Shown here piece after piece: positions 1 to 8,650 of a stretch of DNA of 16,292 nucleotides. The DNA is taken from positions 1 through 16,292 of the forward strand of contig JALTLO010000104.1 in the NCBI GenBank assembly GCA_027001995.1. The letters are read 5' to 3'. The notes under the pieces are model-generated. The model was given only the letters and a program-made list of their open reading frames with translations, was not told the origin of the DNA and did no database searches. The first letter of the stretch is position 1. Every line of letters begins with the position of its first letter. Source of the stretch: Planctomycetota bacterium (GTDB lineage Bacteria > Planctomycetota > GCA-002687715 > DRQF01). A program made the position numbers and the translations under genes.

Positions 1-378
1 GCTTTCCCATTGGAGCAAGAGTATGAAATGATCGTTCGTGGTCGGGACATGGCAACGGGTTTGCCACGGAGTGTCACCGCGACATCGGAACAAGTTCGTG
101 AGGCTCTGAAGGAGCCTGTTGACCTCATCGTCCAGGCCATCCGGCGAACTCTTGAGCGCACTGACCCGGAGTTGGCCGCAGACTTGGTTAACCGAGGACT
201 GACGCTCTGCGGCGGTGGTGCCTTGTTGCGGGGCTTAGACAAGCGCATTCAAAGTGCCATTGACTTGCAATGTGCCGTGGCAGCAGAGCCTTTGACGGCG
301 GTAGCCAGAGGTACGGGGCGAATTCTGGACAATCTCGACATCTTGAAGGAGATCCTCGAGAGCGCTGAGGACCTCTAA
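1..378 (+). CDS. mreB: Rod shape-determining actin-like protein MreB, C-terminal part (5' truncated by the window edge)
   Basis: The frame is open from position 1 (AFPLEQEYEM...). It contains the MreB C-terminal motifs GRDMATGLPR, PELAADLV, LCGGGALLRGLD and EPLTAVARGTG, and ends 4 bp before mreC. Confidence 0.97.
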   Translation, partial: AFPLEQEYEMIVRGRDMATGLPRSVTATSEQVREALKEPVDLIVQAIRRTLERTDPELAADLVNRGLTLCGGGALLRGLDKRIQSAIDLQCAVAAEPLTAVARGTGRILDNLDILKEILESAEDL

Positions 379-382
379 TTTC

Positions 383-1552
383 ATGGGCAGGTCGAAAATC
401 GGCGCAATTGCGATTTCGATCTGTTTCTTTTTGACCATCGGACAACCGGCTTTTCTCGATCAAGTCCGGTATCCGATGGCTCTTGTGCTTTCCTGGCCCG
501 CTCGGGTTTTGTTTTCCTGGACTAACCCCCCACCTCCCGATCCTACAGTGGCGGAAAATCAATCTCTTAGGCTTCGAGAAGTTTGGCAGAGGGCTCAAGC
601 GGGTGAACCCAATGGGCAGGGCTTTCGGGTTTTTTCTACTAATGCTAAGCGCTTCTCCATTTTCATCGCAGGGGGATGGAATGAAGGGATTCGCCGGGGA
701 GACGTGGTTCACGACAACAAAGCACTCTTGGGTTTTGTAGATTTGGTCACGGAGACCGCGTCTCGGGTCCGCCTTATCTCTTACAAAGCCTCCCATGTTG
801 CTGGACAAGTGAAACTAAGGCCAAATGAGAAGCTCCCCCGTGGGGCGTCACCAGATTTGTTGTTGTCAGGTCGTGGTGAATTCGGTTTGGTGGCTCGTCA
901 GGGATGCCGCATCCACCGAGATTTCTTAGGGCGTCCGGTGCAATACTTGGATGATCAAGGCTTATGGAAACTGACCATCGGAAAAGTCGCTTTCAGTGAA
1001 GAATTGAATCAATTGGTGGTGCTTCCCGACTTCAAAATGGACCAATTGGAGCGTGTCCTCATCGGCGATCGCAGCGCTGGCCCTCAAGAAGCTGAAGGCA
1101 AAGATGATGTCATGGCTCGTGTTATGTCATTTGGACGGACATCTGTTGCAGGCAAGCGTTGGTGGCTATCGAAGGGGAGCCAAGCTGGGATTCTTGAAGG
1201 CTCTTGGGTCTCTTGTGGCGGAGCTCTCGTTGGTCGAATCGAGCGAGTCGGTTTCTTGAGTTCGTTTATGAGATTGCTTGATCCCTCACGAGATTTGGTT
1301 ACTTGCAAGGTCGTTGATCTTGAGGATGGCGTGGTCGGAGATGTGCAATGGCCCGAAGAAAAAGAGATCTTAGGGCACCGATTCTCGAAAGGACGTAGCA
1401 AAAAGAAGGGGCTTCCTGCGGGGCTGTGGTTGGGCCATGTCGGAGATTCCCAAGTTGAGATCGGGCCTCCCGCTCCTCAATTTGGCGAAATGGTGACCAT
1501 TCACGGGGCCTTGTCTCCGAGATTGATCTTTCAGTTAGACCTAACCCGATGA
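383..1552 (+). CDS. mreC: Rod shape-determining protein MreC, apparently with two tandem MreC beta-modules
   Basis: N-terminal TM segment, short AENQSLR coiled-coil signature, then the MreC motif twice (IAGGWNEGIRRGDVV...LLGFVDLVTETASRVRLI and LSKGSQAGILEGSWV...LVGRIERVGFLSSFMRLL). Lies between mreB and mreD. Confidence 0.88.
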   Translation: MGRSKIGAIAISICFFLTIGQPAFLDQVRYPMALVLSWPARVLFSWTNPPPPDPTVAENQSLRLREVWQRAQAGEPNGQGFRVFSTNAKRFSIFIAGGWNEGIRRGDVVHDNKALLGFVDLVTETASRVRLISYKASHVAGQVKLRPNEKLPRGASPDLLLSGRGEFGLVARQGCRIHRDFLGRPVQYLDDQGLWKLTIGKVAFSEELNQLVVLPDFKMDQLERVLIGDRSAGPQEAEGKDDVMARVMSFGRTSVAGKRWWLSKGSQAGILEGSWVSCGGALVGRIERVGFLSSFMRLLDPSRDLVTCKVVDLEDGVVGDVQWPEEKEILGHRFSKGRSKKKGLPAGLWLGHVGDSQVEIGPPAPQFGEMVTIHGALSPRLIFQLDLTR

Positions 1553-2004
1553 TTGTCGTCTGGGCTCTTATCACCGCAGCTTGGTCAAGTTTGGCCACGT
1601 CATTGGATCTTGGTTTCTGGGTTCTCCCGGACATAGCCATTGTGATCTCAATCTGGGCTGGCCTACGTGTTTGGCGTTATGACGAAGACCTCCTGCTTGC
1701 CTTAGTTGTGGGATTGTCCAGTGGGCTTTTCACTACGGATCCATGGTTTTTGTCGCCCTTGCTTTCTTTGTTGGCGGTACAGCTAAGCTCCTTTCTTCGG
1801 GTTCAAGTTGCTCCTCGGAGCTTCGTTGGACGCGCCCTTGCTATTGGAGGCTGCTTGCTTCTTCTTGGTATCGCTGAGGCTCTCCTACGATTGTCGGTTC
1901 CATCGCTTATTCTGGATGCCAACACGTCTTTCGGCATTGTTTGCCGCACTTTGAGCGGTATACCGCTCACCATTTGTTTGGACCAAGTTAGGATACGACG
2001 CTAA
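1549..2004 (+). CDS. mreD: Rod shape-determining membrane protein MreD
   Basis: 151-aa hydrophobic multi-TM protein with a WVLPDIAIV motif typical of MreD. ATGA overlap with the mreC stop and TAATG overlap with pbp2; canonical operon position. Confidence 0.82.
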   Translation: MIVVWALITAAWSSLATSLDLGFWVLPDIAIVISIWAGLRVWRYDEDLLLALVVGLSSGLFTTDPWFLSPLLSLLAVQLSSFLRVQVAPRSFVGRALAIGGCLLLLGIAEALLRLSVPSLILDANTSFGIVCRTLSGIPLTICLDQVRIRR

Positions 2005-4646
2005 TGTCCACGCCGATCCCCATTCGATCTGAGCGTCGCTTAGGAGTTGTTTTCGCTGCATTCTTGGCCCTATTTATCCTGATGTCAGGGCGGCTTTTTG
2101 AATTGCAGTTCTTGCGTTCTGACGCTATCGAAACAGGCGTTGCAAAACGCCGTCATCGATACCAGAAGCTTCAAGCCTACCGTGGCAATATCCTTGATCG
2201 GCAGGGGCGTCCTTTTGCCACCACAGTCAATCGCTATGACCTGGCTTTTCTGCCAGCGAATTTTCGTGAGCGCAATGGCATAGACGCTCTACAAGATTTG
2301 CTCATCGCTTGGTGCCCAGAAGTATTGCCCGCAGAATTCGGAGAAATACCACTTCGATTCAATGACCGGGTGATAGAGCGCCTGCAGCGTTTTCACCAAG
2401 TCTATTCCTTGCGCCAAAGAGGAATCGAGAAGCTCTTGAGTCTTTCTGTCTCAGACCTTGTGTTTGAGAAGTCTCATCTTGTTCGTCGTTTCGAGAAGAT
2501 TCGTTATCCCGCTGGTGAGCTGATTCTTCCCCCTTCAAAACTGAAGCGGAGGTTAGAAACAGCACTTTTGATTTTGGCCGACAATGAAGTGTGTAGCACC
2601 CTACGAGACCTAAGATCACGGATGGCGACCTTCGAGAATTTGGCAGAAGTCTTGGCTGTGACACCAGAATCAGTGAATCAAGGGCTCGAAGATCAATGGG
2701 AGAAACTTCAACACTTCTCTGATCAGATCGTTTCTACTCGACCTGGGTTGTTCTTGACCAAGATGTTCGAGATGGAGCAAAGAGATCTGGTTCGGGTTCA
2801 TCGGCGGGTGGAAAACAGTCTGGACGATGCCATTTGCGCCATCGAGTTGGGCTCCCATGATTTAGGCCACCATTTGTCCAAAGAGCAATTTGAATCTTTG
2901 GCAGCAGAACTGGACCTGGGGCGCGACAAGGTTCAAGAGCTCGAGCCTGTTCTCAAGGAATTGTTAGAGCAAGAAGCCCAAGCAGACAACAATGAGATCG
3001 CCAAGAAGTTGGCTGCTGCCCGCGAGATCTTGCGAGGTCGCCAGTTGAAATCTTTGGCGCCTTACGAGCTCAAGAGTTTGGCGCGTGTTCTTGAGTTTTG
3101 GGACGACGATCCGCAAAGATTGAAGCGGGCTTTTGCCAAACGGTTCAAGGCGTCTCCGGCTTTCGTTGGTCGCCGAGAAGAATACCTCAAAATTGAAAAA
3201 GAATGGCACCGCACTTTGCAGTTCAAGGGTGGTGTCCCTTTCACTTTGTTTCGGGGCTGTGGTTTTCCGGTAGCGGCACAGGTCTGGCGCAGCTTCGGAC
3301 TGGGGGAACTTGGTTTTGAAGTGCGGGCCTCCCAGGGACGGAGCTATTGGGCCGATGAGAAAGGTGTTGCCGCTCAGCTCATTGGCCGACGTAATGGCAG
3401 CGGTGATCCTCTCGGAGGATTGGAGCTCGCGCTCTCCATAGGAGGAAAAGACAAGGGCATTTGGAACGCTCCCCTTGTGGGCCATGACGGGGTCTTAAGA
3501 AAACGACAAGAGTTGGATGGCCGTTGGCGCATCATTGACGGTGGCCGTGAGCCTAAACATGGCAAGGATGTCTGGCTGACTCTTGATCGGGAAATGCAGG
3601 CAGAAGCAGAGACCCTCATGGGGGAGATGTTTGCCAGTCTTGGCTCCCGAACTGGGGCTGCCTGCTGCGTCATAGATGTGGAGACTGGGGAAATCGTTCT
3701 CTTGGCATCGGCTCCAACAAGTTCGGGGGCTGATTATCTCGAACGTTATCTCGAAGAGGCGACTTTAAGACGAGCCTTGGGCGCTGCCAAGAATGCCCGT
3801 GATTCTGGTGACCTCTCGACTCAAGATTACATCGAGATTCAAAGGCGGATTCGGGAAGAACTCTATTACTTGGCGTTCTTCGAACGTTCCGTTGAAGCGG
3901 GGACCGTCACGCAATCGCCCCCAGGGTCTGTACTCAAATGTTTTGCTGCGGCGGCCTTGGCTCAAGAGGGCCTTTTCAAAGTTAACGAGATCTTTGATTG
4001 TCCCGAGAAAGGGCCAGTCAACATCTGGTTGGCCCTGGAGAGATCATCCAACCCCTTTTTCTGGGAGGGCGCTAAGCGTCTTGGCCGCGCAGCGTTAATC
4101 GACTGGTATCAACAATTCGGTTTGTTTCGTCCGATTCCTTTGCTGACCAAGCAGAGAGATTGCGATGCCAGACTCAAACAAGTCAGAAACGATGCCCCTA
4201 AGAATATCGTGATTGGACAGGGGAGCGTCAGCCTTTCGGTCTTGGAAGTCGCCAGCATGATGACCAACTTGGCAAGAGGAGGTCGTTGCGTCGAACCTAT
4301 GATTGTCAAGCGGATTGGTTCGGTTGATCTTAAAGCAAAGGATCAAAATCGAATTGAAGTTGATAGGGCCATTTTCGACGAGATCACCCAAGCCATGCTT
4401 AGAGTCTCTGGGCATTACGTTGACCCCAAGAAGGTGGAAGAATTGGGCTTGGCTGGGAAGACGGGGACGGCAGAATTGGGTGGCAAGGACAAAGGTCTCT
4501 ATAACGCTTGGTTTGCTGGTTTCGCTCCTGCTTCAAAACCAAAGTACGCATTTGCTGTCGTTGCAGAGCGAACGGGTTTGATGGGCAAGACAACAGCACC
4601 CTTCGCCGCCAGACTTATTGAAATGGTGATGAGGCTCAAGAAGTGA
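2004..4646 (+). CDS. mrdA: Class B penicillin-binding protein 2 (elongation D,D-transpeptidase), 880 aa with a large internal insertion
   Basis: N-terminal TM followed by RLFELQ, RGNILDRQG, G-LE and GKDVWLTLD class B motifs. Catalytic motifs SVLK (3927), SSN (4044) and KTGTAE (4458), plus NAWFAGFAP. Lies between mreD and rodA. Confidence 0.93.
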   Translation: MSTPIPIRSERRLGVVFAAFLALFILMSGRLFELQFLRSDAIETGVAKRRHRYQKLQAYRGNILDRQGRPFATTVNRYDLAFLPANFRERNGIDALQDLLIAWCPEVLPAEFGEIPLRFNDRVIERLQRFHQVYSLRQRGIEKLLSLSVSDLVFEKSHLVRRFEKIRYPAGELILPPSKLKRRLETALLILADNEVCSTLRDLRSRMATFENLAEVLAVTPESVNQGLEDQWEKLQHFSDQIVSTRPGLFLTKMFEMEQRDLVRVHRRVENSLDDAICAIELGSHDLGHHLSKEQFESLAAELDLGRDKVQELEPVLKELLEQEAQADNNEIAKKLAAAREILRGRQLKSLAPYELKSLARVLEFWDDDPQRLKRAFAKRFKASPAFVGRREEYLKIEKEWHRTLQFKGGVPFTLFRGCGFPVAAQVWRSFGLGELGFEVRASQGRSYWADEKGVAAQLIGRRNGSGDPLGGLELALSIGGKDKGIWNAPLVGHDGVLRKRQELDGRWRIIDGGREPKHGKDVWLTLDREMQAEAETLMGEMFASLGSRTGAACCVIDVETGEIVLLASAPTSSGADYLERYLEEATLRRALGAAKNARDSGDLSTQDYIEIQRRIREELYYLAFFERSVEAGTVTQSPPGSVLKCFAAAALAQEGLFKVNEIFDCPEKGPVNIWLALERSSNPFFWEGAKRLGRAALIDWYQQFGLFRPIPLLTKQRDCDARLKQVRNDAPKNIVIGQGSVSLSVLEVASMMTNLARGGRCVEPMIVKRIGSVDLKAKDQNRIEVDRAIFDEITQAMLRVSGHYVDPKKVEELGLAGKTGTAELGGKDKGLYNAWFAGFAPASKPKYAFAVVAERTGLMGKTTAPFAARLIEMVMRLKK

Positions 4647-5869
4647 GTGAACGTCGTCTCATAGTTTTTGCCATAGGGTTTCTCGCCTTGTCTTTGGCAA
4701 TTTGTGGTTTAGCTGTTCAGTCGTCCGTGTTGGACGTGACCGGGAACTTAGGTCATCGAACCCAGGCAAAATGGGTTCTTCTGAGTGTCTTCGCTGCAGG
4801 CGTCATTCCCTTCATTCGTCACCGTGTTTTGATGCGCCACTCCTACTTGGTCTTCGGAGCCGTGCTTCTTCTTTTGGCTGCCGTTCCCATCGTGGGAGTA
4901 AGCCGTAACTTCAGCCAAAGGTGGTTGGAGGTCGGAGGTTTCAGCTTGCAACCTTCGGAGCTGATGAAGATCGCCTTTGTCTTGGCTTTGGCTCGGCTAC
5001 TTCGGTATCGGGGTGATTTTTCTAAGCTAGGAAATCTGATCCCTGCGGGTTTACTGATGGCGCTCCCTGTTGGTCTTATTTTTCGGCAACCTGATCTCTC
5101 GACGGCCATTCTTTTTGTGCCGACGACCCTTAGTATGCTTTTTGTCGCTGGAGCCAGAAAAAAACACATTGCCATGATTCTCTGCGGTGGCGCTTTGGCC
5201 GCGATCTTTGTTTTCTTTTTCTTTCTTGAGCCTTATCAACGGGAGAGGGTGACGTCGACTTTTGGCAGCGGCTCTATGACCAAAGCTGAGCTGGAACGAG
5301 AAGGCTTCCAGTTGGATCAATCGATTCAATCTATTGGCATTGGTGGTATGTTCGGAAAGGGCTGGGCCAATGGGACTCAGAATCGCTTGAACCGTTTGCC
5401 GTACCGCCACAACGACTTCATTTTTGCGGTTTTGGCTGAGGAATTCGGCTTTGTCGGTTGCACGCTTTTGTTCGGGTCTATTCTCACTTTGCTACTTCTG
5501 ATCCTGCGGGTGGCATATTTGACGCGAGACACCGCCGGTAGGCTCACCTGCGTCGGTTTGGGCACTATGTTCGCATTTCAGTCACTGGTTCACATTGGTG
5601 TCAATCTGGGGGTGGTCCCAACCACGGGGATGACGTTGCCCTTCGTTTCCGCTGGCGGTACTTCCCTGCTGACATTCTCTGTGGCTATGTCTTTGGTGGC
5701 GAGCATTGTCATGCAGCCCAGTCGAGGTTTTGGTGGTCTGTCGATTCGTGAGCAACTTGCGCGTTTGGAGGCCATTGTCGGTTTTCGCGGTGGGAAAGCC
5801 AGTCACCCTGCGTTGCAACAAATGAGGCCTATGGTAAAGTCCAAACCTCGTCGGTTTAGAAGTTCTTGA
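4643..5869 (+). CDS. rodA: SEDS-family peptidoglycan glycosyltransferase RodA
   Basis: Motifs SQRWL, SLQPSELMK, QPDLSTA, YQRER, GFQLDQS, HNDFIFAVLAEEFG and GMTLPFVSAGGTS. GTG start overlaps the pbp2 stop (GTGA). Confidence 0.95.
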   Translation: MSERRLIVFAIGFLALSLAICGLAVQSSVLDVTGNLGHRTQAKWVLLSVFAAGVIPFIRHRVLMRHSYLVFGAVLLLLAAVPIVGVSRNFSQRWLEVGGFSLQPSELMKIAFVLALARLLRYRGDFSKLGNLIPAGLLMALPVGLIFRQPDLSTAILFVPTTLSMLFVAGARKKHIAMILCGGALAAIFVFFFFLEPYQRERVTSTFGSGSMTKAELEREGFQLDQSIQSIGIGGMFGKGWANGTQNRLNRLPYRHNDFIFAVLAEEFGFVGCTLLFGSILTLLLLILRVAYLTRDTAGRLTCVGLGTMFAFQSLVHIGVNLGVVPTTGMTLPFVSAGGTSLLTFSVAMSLVASIVMQPSRGFGGLSIREQLARLEAIVGFRGGKASHPALQQMRPMVKSKPRRFRSS

Positions 5870-6018
5870 GGTCTTCGCTTTCTTTTCTTCCTTGTGAGGC
5901 AAAGCGGCTAAGATCTGGGGGCTGTTTTAGGGGTTGAGAAGACCAGTCTTGGGGCTCGCTGAAAGCCTGGAGGCTCGAACCGTAGATCGACGTGATGTGC
6001 AAGTAAGGACTGTGGCAA

Positions 6019-7677
6019 ATGTACGCCGACCTTGAGTCGAGAAAACAAGTGCGAGAACTCCTAACCCAGGCGCGAACCGCGTTTGAGGTTTTTCGTCGCT
6101 TTGATCAGCAGCAGGTCGACCGTATTTGTTACGCCATGGTGGAGGCTGGTTATGAAGCCTCAGAACGCTTGGCTCAAATGGCTGTGGAAGAAACCGGCTT
6201 TGGCCGGGTGGATGGCAAGATCGCCAAGAACCAGTTCGCCACCCGAGGTCTGTGGGCTCACATTCGGGACATGAAAACTTGCGGTCTTCTGCGGTCTGAT
6301 GTGGCTCCTGGGGTCCATGAGTATGGTGACCCCTTTGGCATTGTTGCGGCCATCATTCCCACAACGAACCCCACGTCCACAGCTATGTTTAAGGCTTTGA
6401 TCAGCGTGAAGTCTCGCAATGCCATGGTGACGAGCCCTCATCCAAGGGCTGTGTCCTGCATTAAGGAGAGCATTCGGATCTTGCATGATGCCGCAGTTTC
6501 TGCCGGTGCCCCCCAAGGGCTTATTTCCTGCATGGATGTGATATCCTTGGATGGCACCGATGAACTCATGAAACACAAAGATACTGATCTTATTTTGGCC
6601 ACCGGTGGGTCTGGTCTGGTCCGAGCGGCCTACTCCTCCGGGAAGCCAGCTTTTGGGGTTGGCCCTGGGAATAGCCCAGCCTGGATTGATCGCAGTGCCG
6701 ATCTTGCCCATGGGGCACGTTGTTTGGTGGACAGCCAGACCTTTGACAACGGGACAATTTGCGCGTCTGAGCAGTCTTTGGTGATTGATCGTCCCGTTGA
6801 GGCAGCATTTCTAAGAGAGATGAAACAAAGAGGGGCTCATTTCTGTAGCCCTGATGAAGCGGAAAAACTGGCTAAGATCGTTTCTGTCCGAGGTGGTATG
6901 AATCCTGCCATTGTTGGCCAGTATCCCTGGCGCTTGGCGGAGATGGCGGGTTTTTCTGTTGCCAAGGAGACCACCGTTCTCTTGGCGCCCTGTTCTGGTG
7001 TGGGGGCTAAGCATCCGCTTTCAATTGAGAAGTTGTGTCCGATTCTCAGTGTTTTCGTCGAAGATGGATGGGAGGCTGGATGCGAGCGTTGTCTCGAAGT
7101 GCTTCGCTTCGGTGGTATGGGCCACACTTTGGCACTCCACTGTCAGGATGAGGCTATCATCCGGGTATTCGCCGAGCAGAAGCCGGTTAACCGCCTCATC
7201 GTCAATAGCCCGTCCAGCCAGGGTGCCGTGGGCTACAGTACAAATCTCGACCCCAGTTTGACATTGGGGTGTGGATCGTTTGGTGGCAATATCACTTCAG
7301 ATAACATTGGCCCCATGCATTTGCTCAACATCAAACGTTTGGCTTACGTTGTTCCTGACTATGAAAACAGCGCAACTTGGGGCGGTGGATTTCCAGATCT
7401 CGGTGTCGCTTTCCAGGATGTCTTCGGGGGCGGCGAAGGAAAAGCTGCCTCGGTCCTGCCCAAGCAACTTTGGCAACCGAAAAAGCGCGGCGGAAAGAAA
7501 AGGCAACGGGCAGAGAATGCAAGTCGTCTAAGTTCGGCTCCCGGAGTTGGCACACCAACGGATGATGAGCTGCGGGCGATCATCGCCCAAGCCCTTGGGA
7601 GCTCTGAAGGAAAGCACTGTCCTTGCGGAACAAATTTGGATGACCAATCCAAAGAAGATGAAAACAAGAGTTATTGA
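6019..7677 (+). CDS. BMC-associated CoA-acylating aldehyde dehydrogenase (EutE/PduP/AdhE-N-like) with a C-terminal encapsulation peptide
   Basis: Motifs IPTTNPTST, ATGG, GVGPGNSP, catalytic FDNGTICASEQ, EKLCP, GHT and LTLGCGSFGG. A ~110-aa C-terminal extension contains the amphipathic helix TDDELRAIIAQALG. SD-like AAGGA upstream; adjacent to shell genes. Confidence 0.95.
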   Translation: MYADLESRKQVRELLTQARTAFEVFRRFDQQQVDRICYAMVEAGYEASERLAQMAVEETGFGRVDGKIAKNQFATRGLWAHIRDMKTCGLLRSDVAPGVHEYGDPFGIVAAIIPTTNPTSTAMFKALISVKSRNAMVTSPHPRAVSCIKESIRILHDAAVSAGAPQGLISCMDVISLDGTDELMKHKDTDLILATGGSGLVRAAYSSGKPAFGVGPGNSPAWIDRSADLAHGARCLVDSQTFDNGTICASEQSLVIDRPVEAAFLREMKQRGAHFCSPDEAEKLAKIVSVRGGMNPAIVGQYPWRLAEMAGFSVAKETTVLLAPCSGVGAKHPLSIEKLCPILSVFVEDGWEAGCERCLEVLRFGGMGHTLALHCQDEAIIRVFAEQKPVNRLIVNSPSSQGAVGYSTNLDPSLTLGCGSFGGNITSDNIGPMHLLNIKRLAYVVPDYENSATWGGGFPDLGVAFQDVFGGGEGKAASVLPKQLWQPKKRGGKKRQRAENASRLSSAPGVGTPTDDELRAIIAQALGSSEGKHCPCGTNLDDQSKEDENKSY

Positions 7678-7720
7678 ATGAGTCGCTGGCTGATGGCAGT
7701 GAGCATGAATGGAGAAAGTA

Positions 7721-8014
7721 ATGAGTCAGATCGCATTAGGCATGATTGAGACCCGAGGACTGGTTGGAGCTGTTGAGGCTTCTGATGCTATGGTGAAGGC
7801 CGCTCGTGTCACCCTTTTGGGCAAAGAAAAAATTGGTGGTGGATTCGTCACTGTCATGGTTCGAGGTGAAGTCGGTGCGGTGAAGGCAGCAACAGACGCT
7901 GGGGCCGCTGCTGCTCGTCGTGTTGGCGAGTTGGTAAGTGTTCATGTGATCCCTCGTCCCCACGAACAAGTCGAAGGCATTTTGCCTGTGGCTGTGGCCC
8001 CTACGGAAGGGTAG
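7721..8014 (+). CDS. BMC-H hexameric shell protein (EutM/PduA/CcmK family, PF00936)
   Basis: [24 protein letters not shown]...[10 protein letters not shown]...HVIPRPH. I place the start at ATG 7721 rather than 7709 because GGAGA at 7711-7715 precedes it as an RBS. Confidence 0.98.
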   Translation: MSQIALGMIETRGLVGAVEASDAMVKAARVTLLGKEKIGGGFVTVMVRGEVGAVKAATDAGAAAARRVGELVSVHVIPRPHEQVEGILPVAVAPTEG

Positions 8015-8023
8015 GGCTGAACC

Positions 8024-8650
8024 GTGGCCGAAATCCAGCTTCGAACGTTTGTCTTTCTCAACTCGATGCAACCTCAGTTTGCTTCTTACGTGGCCACCAC
8101 GGCGAAGGGTTATCTGCCCGTTGCTTATGAGGCCAGCGTGTTTATTGAGATTGCTCCAGGAATCGCTATTAACCGGGCTACCGATGCGGCCCTCAAGGCG
8201 AATGATGTTCGTCCCGGTATGCAGATCGTCGAACGGGCATTTGGACTTTTGGAAATTCATGGTCCCTCCCAAGCGGAAGTTCTTTCTTCTGGCGAGGCTG
8301 CTTTGAAGGAAATGGGACTGACGATCAGCGACCGTATGAAGCCAAAGATCATGTCATCTCAGATCATCACCAACGTGAACGATTATCAAGCTCAATTGAT
8401 CAATCGCATGCGCTATGGCCACATGATTTTGGGTGGAGAATCGCTCTACATCCTGGAAGTCGAGCCAGCAGCCTACACAGCTTTGGCCGCCAATGAGGCT
8501 GAGAAAAACGCCGACATCAAGTTGTTGGACATGCGTGTTTCCGGGGCATTCGGCAGGCTTTATCTCAGTGGAGAAGAATCGGCCATCCAAGAAGCGGTTG
8601 CTGCCGTTGATGCTGCCTTGGCTAATCTGGACGGACAAGGGGGTGGCTAA
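8024..8650 (+). CDS. BMC-T shell protein, circularly permuted stacked-dimer type (BMC-Tdp; CsoS1D/CcmP/Haliangium T2-like)
   Basis: LRTFVFLNSMQPQ, EIAPGIAINR, VERAFGLLEIH, PAAY...AANEAEK and GAFGRLYLSG are the signature segments of the BMC-Tdp family. GTG start. Confidence 0.95.
   Translation: MAEIQLRTFVFLNSMQPQFASYVATTAKGYLPVAYEASVFIEIAPGIAINRATDAALKANDVRPGMQIVERAFGLLEIHGPSQAEVLSSGEAALKEMGLTISDRMKPKIMSSQIITNVNDYQAQLINRMRYGHMILGGESLYILEVEPAAYTALAANEAEKNADIKLLDMRVSGAFGRLYLSGEESAIQEAVAAVDAALANLDGQGGG

Noticed and set aside
188..808. 206-aa minus-strand ORF, and the many other antisense or alternate-frame ORFs in the track (e.g. 2964-3485, 6160-6711, 7736-8272, 8712-9212, 11035-11547)
   Set aside because: They overlap well-supported genes and show no recognisable motifs, so they are best read as shadow ORFs.
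5870..5915. Possible terminator after rodA (CGCTTT...AAAGCG)
   Set aside because: The stem is short with a long loop and no downstream U-tract.
5976..6002. CGAACC-N15-GTGCAA as an ECF promoter for the BMC operon
   Set aside because: Both elements and the spacing deviate from the motif at 9842-9869, and the implied TSS would cut into the RBS. Too weak to call without data.
6019..7677. Calling the dehydrogenase adhE, or the locus eut/pdu
   Set aside because: There is no fused Fe-alcohol dehydrogenase domain and no eutBC or pduCDE in the window, so gene symbols were withheld.
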